A model generated the notes under the pieces. The model ran no database searches and was not told the origin of the DNA. It saw only the letters and a program-made list of their open reading frames with translations. A program made the translations under genes and the position numbers. A DNA stretch of 64,000 bases from Antedon mediterranea (lineage: Eukaryota; Animalia; Echinodermata), in contig NC_092670.1 of NCBI RefSeq assembly GCF_964355755.1, positions 23,236,795 to 23,300,794 on the forward strand, read 5' to 3'. Every line of letters begins with the position of its first letter. The stretch's first letter is position 1. Shown one piece after another: positions 36,193 to 48,700 of this stretch.

Positions 36193-39100
36193 TTACATAG
36201 TAGATCCCATGCCATCAGCTAAGAGATCGTTAGGTAGAAACCCCATTGTAGGGTCAGTATCTAGACCTCCAGTTGCCCAATTACCTCCTCCACCGCCGCC
36301 GTTAGACCATGTCTGGCTTCCGCCGAAGCCCATACTCTGTGAAGGTGCACCCCACTGGTTACCACTGAATCCACCTGTCTTTAGTTGAGTAGGAGCAGTA
36401 TTCATCAAGCTGGCATTATCGTCAAAAGCAAATGTAGCGTTAATGTTGGTGCCTGATGATATGCTTCGTTGTGCTCTCATTGCATCCTCCATCTTACGGT
36501 AACGTACCATTACAGCCCGCTGCTGAGCGTTTACCTGGAAGCTTTCCATTGGTCCAAACTGAGAACACAGCTTGGATAGGCTATCCATCTGTAAATCAAA
36601 CACAAGAATATTCATGAATTTTAAAGGGATAATCATTGCTTTTATGATGTGTACCTTTAAACTTTTATTGTGTGTCCCTTTAAACTATTATGTGTCCCTT
36701 TAATCTATTATGATGTGTGTCTTTAAACTATTATGTTGTGTCTCTTTAAACTATTATGTTGTGTCTCTTTATAAACTATTATTAGGTTATAGTTCAATAA
36801 ACATATCTGACAACACTTCTAAAAATAATGTGCAAACGATCAACACAACAGTAATTCCCAAGTGGTTAATAACAACAAAGCAAAACTTGTTAGCAAACTC
36901 TAATATAGATTGGCACCTTAGGGCTAACATACTAATGCAAGAACCCTGATAAAGTAAAGCCTTATCTACACTATCAAACTTTATGTGTCAAAAAAGTTTG
37001 ATGTGCCTATATATGGTAGTGCTATGCTTAAATATGGTAGTGATATGACATCATCATGTCCATATATGGGCACATCACATTTTTTTGACATATAAAGTTT
37101 GATAGTGTAGACAAAGCTTTATACTTAAAGCACTCACATCTTGGGGTACATTCTTCAAGATAAGACATGGGCTGCTTGAGCTAAAGTTGTTGCCAGTAGA
37201 CCAACCTACAATGAAAAAGGTGTTCCCTTGGGTTAAGACTGGAAATCTTCAGCAGTGTTCTATCTGGTACACATTCATTGAAGTGCCCCTTTATATGTGG
37301 GTATTGGTGGATATTAATTCATTAAAGGAATTCTCATGCCATAAATTACACAACTCTACAACTAGTCTAGCAGAGATGGTGCAAAATAAAATAAAAACAT
37401 CCAACAAAAACAAGTCGTTAATAATAAAAACAATTCCTCAATTTGTTTAAATCAAATATTTGTCAAAATGTTAATATTATCAGGCATATATTATTGGTTT
37501 ATTTAATTATAAATAAAAGTTAATAAATATTGGCAATTTCATGAGTTTACAGAAGAAAGAGCAACATACCTACGCCACCTCCTCCACTTCTGTTGCCAGT
37601 GTCCCAGGATCTTGTTCCTCCAGCAGGCCAGGATGTGCTTCGGCTAACATTTCCACCTCCGTATCCTGGTGGGGGACGTGACAGAGTGTTTCCTCGACTG
37701 CTGTTCAAAGGCACATTCCATAGCTGGTTTGTAAGTGCAGTGGGTTGGTAGACCTGTGGTTCATCATAACTGCTTCCACCACTCCAAACTTGACGTTTAG
37801 TAGACGGATTACCACCGCCACCACCTCCCCATGTTCCTGCATTACCAGCAGTTGTGGCACCAGACCACCCGCTGCTAGAATTTGGCTGCATAGGTTTGGT
37901 GAGAATACCAGAGATGTCTGTCTCTCTTCCCCGACCTGGAGTCTTTGATCCGATGCTGCTAATGCTACTACTGAAAAGGCTGCCATTGACACTTCCTGGT
38001 GTAGCATCAGGATCGTTCTCAATATCCTTTGTACGTGGCTTCCATGGAACACCAGGTTTGAATTCTGGAGGTCCAAAATCAGTCTGAATGTCTGAGCTTG
38101 GTTCAGGAAAGCTCCAAGTTGGATCTGAGATGGTAGAATCAGCACTTTGAGGAAGGCTTTCTGGTGGAGTTGGAGATTTGCTATGAGACCAGCTGTTCTC
38201 ACTCTGGTTATCAGCACCTACTGTTAATAAACCAAACACTTGATCATTGCCTTTTGAATTACTGAAGAAATCTTTGAAGCGGGACCGAGACTGTGGAGGA
38301 CAAAGATCGCTGGAATCGGTGTTGAATACATCTGAATCGCTATTGAGCTTGTGGCGATGTGCCTTGGGTACCCGTTGCTGTTGTTGTTGCTGCTGCAGTT
38401 GCTGCTGTATGAGCTGTTGCTGGACGACGTTTAGACGAGCAAGTAATTCCTGCTGTTGTCTCGTAGACGAATTCATTCCAGGTCTGTTCTGGACTTGAAT
38501 CATCTGCTGTTGGACAAGTTGGCCGTATCTTTGTTGAATCAGCTGGAAGACAGTCATCAATTGCTGGTGTGAGAGGTGTTGGTTGAGGAGAGACTGATTT
38601 ATCAAGCCAGCCTGCACAGCAAGCTGTAGGATCTGTTGAGTAGTGAGTGGAGACCGTTGTTGTTGTTGGCTCGGTAGCGGTTGGAATCCTTGTTGCTGCT
38701 GCTGCTGTTGTTGTTGTTGGCCACGCGATTGCTGCATTGGGAAGGTTGGTGACATGGTACTTTGGCTAGGAAACCCTTTACCGAGCGGAGCATTTGGCAT
38801 CACTGTTGCAGTGCTATGACGGGACGGATTGAAAGTTGAGGTGGGTTGAACCGGTGGATTGTCATTTACCCCTTTGGGATCGTTCATACTCTGTTCATTT
38901 AGCATCATCTTGTTGAAGTCTTTGGTCAAATCTAGGTCCATGTTATTGCTTCCATCAATTTGGTTTGGTAGTTTACTGCTAAGTTCCCCTACAAAAAAAT
39001 AAATGTATTAGAAATCATGTTTGTATTAGGGTAAACATCAAGAACAATTGCAGTACTTCCAACTGCAGTAAGTAATAGTTTATTGAACTTACTCATTGTA

Positions 39101-40599
39101 GCTTCAATATCAGGGCTATTGTTTTTCAAGGCCATTTCAGCATCTTCTCTTTTCAATCCCATTTCCATCAATCGTTTTATTTTGGATTCCTTCTGCTATA
39201 AAAAAAAATTGTCGCAAATAGACATATGTTTTCTATACTAACTAAACGTTATGGTATTAGTGAAGTGGAAGATTGAGATACTAATAATGATGATGATAAT
39301 GATAATGGCAAAAATGATTACAGTACTAAAACGGTTTTACTTACTTTGTTCCACATGTGACGTGGTCCTCCACTTCCTACAGAGGCTTCACTACCCTGGG
39401 AGTGTGTTTCCCATTCATCATCACCACCACGATTACCACCAGCACCACTACCCCACATACTCCCTACAAAGAAAAGAAAAATTTGTTGATACATATCAGC
39501 AAACACTCTGGTTTTGGGATAGTTTTCGGTTTTCAGAGAGTTTGGTATGTACACAGATATAAAGTGTTGCTTACCTTGTCCAGGAGCTTCTTCAACATTT
39601 CCACTACCAAGCCATCCAGATTGCATAGGTTCCTTGAAAGTACTGCCAGCATTACTGCCACCTGCATTCCCCCAATCGGAGCCAGCACCTTGAGTGTTAC
39701 CCCATCCTGGGCCTTTGGACTGTGCTACAGATGCATGACCCCAAGACGACCCACTATCTGGTGCCTTAGGGCCGCTATTTCCCCATCCTGTTTGTTTCTG
39801 AGGAGCAGGACCCCAGTCACCTCGATTTCCACCAGCTTCTGGTTTTGGGGCAAATCCTTGTGGTGCATTTGGTTGAATTGGTGTGCCTGGTGGACCAGAA
39901 GAGTTACTTACAAATTGTTGAGATTGCATAGTACTGTTAGGCTGGCTGGAAGTACTCCCTTGGCGAGCGGCATTTTTACGGTTGATTGCCGTCATGTTCA
40001 TATTATGTTGATTTGGATCGCCCCATATATATGTTCCATCATCAACTTTGCTTTGCTTTGGTGGAGTTGGATCACCCCATCCGGTTGCTGATTTAGGCAC
40101 AGTGACATTTGGTGTGGGTCCTTTCCATCCAGATCCATATGTTTTTTCTGGAAGAGCAGCAGCACCGGATGCACCACCAGTTGCTCCGGTTTGGTTTTGT
40201 GGATCGTTACCCCAGGAGCCCCAGGCTCCTCCACCAGGTGGTTTATTAGCAGGATTGCCAGAAGCAGTAGCACCACCACCATTTCCACCTCTTTGACCTG
40301 GAATAGGACTTGGAATGTTTCCATTGCCAGGTCTGGGTTGCTGTCCTCTCTGCTGGTTGTTCCATTGTGAAGAAGGTGGTTGTTGTTGAACATTTGGATT
40401 GTTCCATTGTGACATACCTCCACTTCCTGATGAAGCTCCCCATGGAGGTGATGTCTTATTTGGTTGTTGATTTCCCCACTGTGAATTTCCAGATGTAGTG
40501 GGAGGCTTAGTCCAAGCAGACGGTGTCGGTGGTTGAGACGATATATTTGTGTTTCCGCTCCAACTTGACGATTGTTGTGGTTTTTGCTGCTGCTGCTGC

Positions 40600-40631
<32 letters not shown>

Positions 40632-43600
40632 TTGCTGTTGCTGCTGCTGTTGCTGTCCACCTTGTTGTCCCCAACCACTTTTGTTGTCCGGATTTCCCCA
40701 TGGTTTACCATCACTGCCACCTCCTCCTCCACCCCATGCTGTGGGTGGTGTTGGTTGCTGTTGGCCATCTTTCCATCCTGCACCACCAGGAGCATCCCAG
40801 CGTACATTCTGCTTAATTGGAGTCTTGCCCCATCCATCATTGGAGTTTACACGTTGCTGAACAACCTGAGATGATGGTCCCTTAGTTCCTGAAAAGTTGT
40901 GTGTGGTAGAATCCATGTTGGGTGTCCTTGGTGGTCCCCATCCTGTACCATCGCCACCAGATTGCTGAGGGTTTGATTCTTTACTTGGACCAGGGTTTCC
41001 CCAGCCACTGCCACCCCCTCTCGAGTTGTTCCATCCCTGACTATTAGGGTTCTGATTTCCCCATTGCTGAGCTTGTTTGGAATTATTGCCCCATCCTAAG
41101 TAATTACCCTGTCCCGAATTGGAATCTGAACTTGCTGGCTGAGAACCCGGATTAGAAGTAGGGGCGGATGCAGCACTTTGTCCTCCCCATGGCCCACTGG
41201 TATTTGGGCTGTTGTTACCCCAGCCGGATGAATTATTTCCACTGGAATTAGGATTTGAAGTCATATTGGAATTATTCCATCCCATAGTAGAATGTTTGCT
41301 GGAATTGTCTCCCCACCCTTGCACCCTACTGCCTGCAGCAGATGTGGGTGGACCCTGTGGGTTAGGAGCTGAGCCCCATCCTGAGCAATTATTGCCGCTT
41401 CCCCCAATATTATCAAAATTGGAGTTGGGAGCACCCCAATTATTTGTTCCTGTCATGTTCTGGGAATTTGATCCTGTATTCCATGAAGACCCTTAAAAAA
41501 TAAAAGAAGATTTAATTAATAATGTGAACACACTCTCATCCTGTTGACAATTTAGCTTTGTTAAAACAACATTAATAATGTGAACATTTAAATTAATGTA
41601 TATGACAGAGTATAATTTCCATTGGATTGATGGAATCATGTTTTAATTTAGACTGAAGCTCTATCTACACTATCAAACTTTTTGTTACAAATAACCCCTC
41701 ACACTTTTAAGTTTAAAGTATGCATTTGAAATGCTTATTTTATAATGTTCAATTAGAAATAGACAGAAATTAGAGTGCGGTATTTAAAAAAAAAATAAGG
41801 AAAGCAACAGCCTTTCTCTGAAAGGTAAATACTTTGGTCAAGTTCAATTCCTCACCAACCCCTTTTTATATTGCTTTTATATTGAATTTATTTTTTTGCC
41901 CCAATTGGGCCGCCATTAGTATTGTTTATACAATAAAGTGAATAAATATTAGTTATCGTAGTTATTATAATGCAATTTTTATACAGTGGTGAGGATGAAT
42001 AAGCAGTTACATTTTTTTTTTATTAAAGGAATTTATTGATTTTAAATGATTCGCAATCAGTATCAATGTGAAAACATCCAATAAAAATAATATTCTTTGT
42101 AAATTTGACCTTCCTACAGTTTATACACAATTTTTCTGTCAAAAAATGCTGCAGTCATTTGCATAAATGACAGCCCGTCTCTTAAAAAATTATTAATACC
42201 ATTGTAATTATAATGCAATTTATAATAGACAGAAATTAGTGCATTTTTTTATAAAAAAAAAAGGAAAGCAACAGCCTCTCTCTGAAAGGTAACTTATACT
42301 ATTGTCCAGTTCATTCCTAAATGCAATTTAGTAGTTTAATATATCATAATAAATATAACATTTTTTTGTGTATATATTTACTTTACCATTATTTACTGCA
42401 TATTCTTTATCATTTAGAATGTTTTGAATGATTATGCTGTGTTAACTTTGCCACAAAATACAAGCTTACAGGCTTCAATATTTTACTAGCCTGATATACA
42501 AAGTCTAATGAAAATGGGTCCGGGCTAGTCAACCTAACTTCCTACCAGTCTGGTTGTTGTCTGGTGTGAAATTAGGATGGCAAATAATACCCACATATAA
42601 TACTTTAGCTGTAGCATATTGAAATTGTGGTATTATACATTTGTGAATGCGCCTTGTGAACCAGCTAGGGATCAATGCACAATGACTAGTGGTATGTTAA
42701 TAAAATCCTAAAAATTAAACGCTGACAAGTTTTTGTCTTGGCATCCGCATCAACTTACCAGAATTTTGCCAGGCATTCCCACCTCCTCCATTGCTTTCAT
42801 TTCCATTATTCCCACCCTCAGGTTTGTTGCCATTATTATTCCATCCTGATTGATTTCCAGAGTTAAATCCAGGAGGCATATTCCATTGTTGATTGTTGGC
42901 ATTCATGCCTGGAATATTAGCACCAGAATTAAAGCCTGAGCTTATGGAACCACCTCCTGCAGAACTTGGAGGCATTGGCTGGTTCATGCTCACTGGCTGT
43001 CCATTGTTCGGTCTTGCAGTAGCGCCCTCATTGTTAGCTATATTATTTTGGTTATTGTTCAGGCCGCTTTTTGGCCAATCACCATTTCCGTTTCCATCCC
43101 CAAAGTTGGGGTTTCCCCATCCAGAAGTGGGAGCTAAGCCACTGTTGCTACTGTTCATACCTTGAGGGGCACCAGATTGAAAAGAGCCCTGATGAAATAG
43201 TGTTGTTTGAGTTGCTCCACTAGATGCAGCACTCCAGTTGGCACCGCCGCTGCCCATATTACTTCCTCCTCTCTGACTCCACATGGAATTTGTTGCGTTT
43301 GTACTGGACTGCGGTGGCTGAAGTTGCGCTTGACTATTTGGCATATTACCGCCAGGGTTACTCCCATTTCCTCCACTCGTTTCTATATTACTCCCGGTTC
43401 CCATATTGCCTGTTGGAATACTTGGACCGTTGGCAAGTTTTTCTCCCGCTATTTTGTTTTCCGTTGCTTCTCCTATTGCGGGCCACGCATCTTTATCTTG
43501 TCCATCCACTATAATGCCGTTTGGTGGCTTAACCGTTGCTTGTTCTGCTTTTGTATCAGAATCTACTGTTGCCATTTTTGGCCATTCAAGTTCTGTATGT

Positions 43601-43655
43601 TCTCCTTGATTATTAGTGGCACTATCAGAGAAACCCGTCTGATTTATTCCTTGTG
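36193..43655 (-). CDS. TNRC6: GW182 / trinucleotide-repeat-containing 6 protein, main body; exons 43655-42759, 41491-39575, 39463-39345, 39195-39093, 38988-37570, 37205-37138, 36588-36193
   Basis: GW/WG-rich N-terminus; NDGWGKTPIKQNVRWD and VDDGTYIWGDP Ago-binding motifs; UBA (KIKRLMEMGLKREDAEMALKNN); Q-rich region (QILQLAVQAGLI); QSR motif; PAM2 PPEFKPGVPWKP...IENDPDATPGSV; RRM (LILKNVPQD.MDSLSKLCSQFGPM...AVMVRY); C-terminal FLPNDLL. Phases are consistent. Confidence 0.95.
36655..36780. repeat. Short ~22-bp tandem repeat in the last TNRC6 intron
   Basis: tgtgtc(c/t)ctttaaactattatg repeated about 5 times. Confidence 0.8.
36957..37119. mobile_element. MITE family A copy
   Basis: aagccttatctacactatcaaactttatgtg...ataaagtttgatagtgtagacaaagctt. 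Confidence 0.85.
40584..40655 (-). repeat. Coding CAG/CAA repeat, 24 glutamines, in TNRC6
   Basis: 72 nt of mixed CAG/CAA codons in frame. Confidence 0.95.
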
Positions 43656-45793
43656 CTGAAAGTTAATAAATTCTCTCATTACTATTTCAATAATAAACGA
43701 TTTAATCAACTCTTAAAACCTGTTAGTCTGTAGTTTCACCATAACTAATGGTAATGATTGTGAAATCTGTATATAAAGCAAAGAACTGCATAGAACACTT
43801 TGGGACACACCCCTATTAATGGGACACCCTATCCTGTGAAATGAACAAGGGGAAATATAAGTGTTCCAACACTACGGGTTCTACTGCAGTGGACACCAAC
43901 TTTTTGTATCAACACTGCACTTAACTGGTTTTGTTGTTTAGCAAATATTATATTAATAACTATAATTTGAATTATTTATATTTAAGCAACGTATTTGCAT
44001 TCATGCAAATTAATATTCATACGTTTTAATTAAAATTAGAACAAATAATTAATGTTATTGTTTGACCATGCTATTGTGTTGGAAATTTATGCACTTCTTG
44101 GAAAATTAAATTTATTACCGACCAACTTGCATTTCAAATAAGTTAAAGCGTCTTCACTAGCACATCTTTGTATAATTAAATCAATCATTTATTTTTAGTC
44201 TGTGACTATAGACTCCATGTTTTGATTATGTTTAAGTTATACATAAAATAGGAAGCATATGTTTGTTTATGGTTGATGGTTGAATTTTTTTTTTATTATT
44301 GTCCTAATTGTATTAATTTGAACTGAAATAAACCACACTATTGAATTTAATGTAAATAATAGTACAATACATAAACTATGTTAGAAAGACCATCGGGAGG
44401 AAGGAAGGTAGAAGCTAGAGATATAATATGTTCTACACTGAATCTTCAACAAATAAAAGGAATTGACAGTACAAAATATCTAATGGAAAGATATAAATCA
44501 TACAAACATTGTCAGATTCTTGATCCAAACAAGAATATTAAATTCACAATACAGAGAGCAAATTCAGAGCAAATACCAGAAATGTCACAGTACATTTAAA
44601 TAATACAATAGAACAGTAGCAATGAAAAGCAATGATAAAATAGTTACGACACATTTAGAAAGCGTAATATCAACGCTAGATTAACTGGGTGGTTTGTTGT
44701 GCTTAATGCGGTTAGTAACAATACTTATATCCATTCCAACACAAAGGTAAAGGTTATTAACACAACAACATATTGTCGATAATAGTGCAGAATTTTGGTA
44801 TGCATTATTAGTCTATACAATTTCTCACATATATAATAGGCCAAACAACTATATAACCATAGAGAAATAAGTTAGGAATTTCTCCATGCAATAACTGTTC
44901 ATCTAGCCAGTCTTTGTAATTATCACAGCTTATGCTAATTTTTATAATTTTATTAAGGAAGTACAAAGGGTTAATAATTAATGTTATTATGGTTTACTAT
45001 GATTAATGGAATATAAATGACATATTATACCACCAGACAAAAATAAACAAGTTGTGGTTAGTATTTATCAAGGGGCCATAATAGTACATTGAATGATGAA
45101 CTTGTAGATTAACGTATCTAAATTAATAATTTATTATGAGGCAGTAGAAAGGCTTCCAAAGAACTGATTAATTATTGATTTTTTTTTTTAAATAAATAAA
45201 TTATCCTGAACCTCCAACACATATTACATAATCACACTAGTGGCTATGTAAGTGACATCACATCTTCACAAGGTAACAGCCAATCCCTTCTACAGTATCC
45301 TGTCACACCCATATCTCTTGCATGAAAATCAATTGAAATCCTAATTTGTAGGCCATATAAACTGTTTTAAACTTCTTATTAATAAGAGTGTGTATTTTGG
45401 TAGACAGTGTATTTATCTTGTTAATTGGCAAAAATTGTTCTTTCATTCCAAACAGAGAAAATAGTACTGCACATACAGGGTAAATAAATCATAAGTTTAT
45501 TCGTCTTAATAACTTTGAATGTGGAATACATATGCCTTTAAATATGATTGATAAAGAATGGATTGTTTAATTGGAGAATTTTACAAATATGACATTTTTG
45601 GACTATCTAGTAAAAAATAAAGACGAAATCAAAGTGATTCGTTTCATTTTTAAATTGTCAGTTTAGTATTAATTTTGAGTGGCTAAGTGATAATCATTAT
45701 AAAACATTCATTTACAAAACACAACATAATATGCAATGACATTACTATTTGTGGTTAAACGACATACAAGTTTGTTTATAATTCTTTGTTTAC

Positions 45794-48700
45794 CTTGGGT
45801 CTTTGTGGTACTTTGAATGAGTTGATTGTGTGGTGTAAATTCAGTCACTTGTGGAGTTTGAACAAGCGCTGGCTGGTGGGGCCAAGGACTAACCACTTGG
45901 ACTTTGGTTTGTTCTATTTCTGTTAATTTGAGAGAGAGAAAAGGCCAAGTGAACCGCAAAGAACAAGCTTTTTTGACAGCATAAGGCCCATATTTTACCC
46001 CTAGCTTAATTTCAGTTTTTAGTGATTATTAGAATATTCAGATTTGAGAGTCTTATTTGAAACAAAAGCTAAAACCGGGACTTGGGAAACATGTTGATAC
46101 AGTAGAAAATGGTACAATTAATTTAATAGTCAAATATTTTTCTTATAGCCAAAGCACAACCAATACCAAACCATACTATTGTGCTGAATGAACTATCAAA
46201 TTAAAAATTAATTAGTCCATAATGTCCATTATACTTATAGCTCAAACACAGTCATGTCCTAACTAGTGTAATTCAAATTAATAATTAAAATTATTTTGGT
46301 GCAACACAGAAGCCCTATAAACTACAACAAGAAAACAATTATGCAATATTCTACAACTAATACAATCTATAAAATTAACTATACTGTAAAACAAGATAAT
46401 TAATATTAGACAAACCTTTGGCTTTTTGTTCGAGAGGAGCCTGAAAGAAATAGAATTAAAAAATGTTATTAAATTTAATAATGCAAGAAGCATTGATAAT
46501 TTGTTGCAGTAAGTATTACTATTACTTAGGAGAGGTTCTTTCTACTGTACATAAAAACAATGTTTTATAGAGCATTTTTCCATTTCATAATTAGGATTGT
46601 TCAACATTATCTCAATCCTATAATCACAAAGGCACTTGCAATGCATATGAGAAAACAGGTCTTAAGCCTAGAAGAGAGTGACCTGCGCTGCTTTCATACA
46701 AGGGGATTTGAAGCTTTGCTCTGAAGAGTATGACAGATCGGAAAAGGTAAAGAATGTTCAACGAGGCCTAGACTATCTGACGACATATTGAGCAAAACTA
46801 CGGAGGTCAATTACTTTAAATTGGATGACATGTGCAAAGCAAACATGTTAATATGTTTCAGTTTTGATATAAGCCATTACAGGCATGTATCAAAGTCCAC
46901 TAAAGGGGAAGAATATGAATTGTTTAATAGTAACTTATTACATTATACACAACCATTTTAGTTATTCTGATCTTTACACATTTCAATTTAAATGGAAGTG
47001 TACTAAAGAATTCTTGCTGCTCTTAATGACAGAAGAGGATAAGATACACTTTAAAATGTAAATAAATGCAAAGAGAGTGAAAAACTTGGTAAAATGCAAA
47101 AGAGAACATTCAAATGAGGGTATGCATATTGCAGATATCAAGCTTCTAAAATTAATGATCTGTTGGTGTATGCAAATACATCGATCGCAAAATTAATGAC
47201 AGACCATCAGACCACCGAAACGATTAGCGTACGCAATGTCTACCCAAGACGGATAGCGTAACAGATGATGGTGATGGTGTATAGTTAAAACAATTTAGGA
47301 CGACAACATGAAAACTGTGGACGTTAATCGTTAAAACAAGCAAGAGCATAAAAAACAAGCAACATACAATTTTGGAAAATGCTTTGTATTTTCAAAGTAA
47401 TAATTTTTTTTTTAAGTTTATTTATTTCAATATATTCCTTTGTTTTTTAATTATTGATTCTTTATAAACTTACATTCTGAAATAAACATCATGATCATTT
47501 GAAATTAAACATTAAATGTATTTTGTCGTACCTTTATCACCTGAATTTCGTCAATGTTCAGTGAATTCTGTTTGTTAATTGGTTCATTCAGATCATGTGA
47601 TATGTCTTGATTACTTTCGTTTCCAATCTAAATAAAAGAAATAAGATATTGAAGCAAGATCAGTAATATTCTCCAAATAAAAATCACAGGGGATATAAAT
47701 ATTTTATGTTTGTTCAAATATATACAACATCAAATCAGAATATTATTACTTAAGCTCTGTCTACACTATAAAAAAAAGTGTAATGTGCCCAGATATGGTA
47801 GTGATATGACATCATGTTTATATATGGGCACATCACATTTTTTCATCACATAAAGTTTGATAGTGTAGCCAAAGCAGTTTGATTTACTTTTATTAATGTG
47901 AAACCACACTTACTTGTATTCTGAAAGCTTTTAATTTCTCTCTAGCGTTCTGCAAGGTTCTATTAAGTTGATTTAGGAATGCCTCAGTAAAAACGTTCGG
48001 AACAGGCTTTCGCTTTAACCTGCGATTCTGAAAAACAAAGAATTTTTATAAGAGTAAGACATAATAAAAAATAATTGAATAAAATATAAAAATACTAGAA
48101 AATAAGTAAAATAACTACTTGGCGCAATTAAAGCGCATCTAGCCAGTGATAAATTACTCAAGGCATCTTATTTATACTTGCTTATAAAAAAACAAGGTTT
48201 TCTATGATCTGGTGGTTAAGACAGTGAATCCTACAAAATGTATATTTTTTATAATCTACTGATCTATATGAATTGAATTAAAATCATATTCTCAATTTCT
48301 CACTGTATTACTTGTTATTAAATAATGAATATAATATAATAATACAATGTGTACATCAACATGATTTAAATATCTTAAGATAATGTAAACTTAATAAAGA
48401 ACCTTAAAAGATTAACAACGTTTGGTTTTATGCTAATTCCTCATTTTTCAACAGACATGTTAAGCTTTAACTGATGGAGAATGTTTTAATGACCATTAGC
48501 AAAACGTACAATCCATTAAGTACAATTATCTGTTTGCTCTTTGCCCGCTTGTTTTCTCTCGATGATTTCTGTTCTTAAAGGTCAAAGTACCATGATACTT
48601 TTAATAGCTATGTAATCAATCAATAAGCATTTAATGGCTGTGATTTCTCAGGTTAAATTTTAATTAACTAATTGTTATGAAATTATTAATAAATACATTT

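Noticed and set aside
41755-42320. ~90-bp direct duplication (41755-41850 and 42225-42320) in a TNRC6 intron
   Set aside because: Real but unremarkable local duplication with no exon or structural signal.
37705-43659. Many overlapping ORFs (poly-C, poly-L, poly-A peptides) on alternative frames and the + strand
   Set aside because: Shadows of the GC-richer, low-complexity TNRC6 exons and CAG repeats; no independent gene signals.
48524-48573. Possible alternative TNRC6 exon (EQKSSRENKRAKSKQII, phase 1 to 0, could substitute for 49745-49612)
   Set aside because: Plausible acceptor but a weak donor (gtactt); cannot be supported without RNA data.
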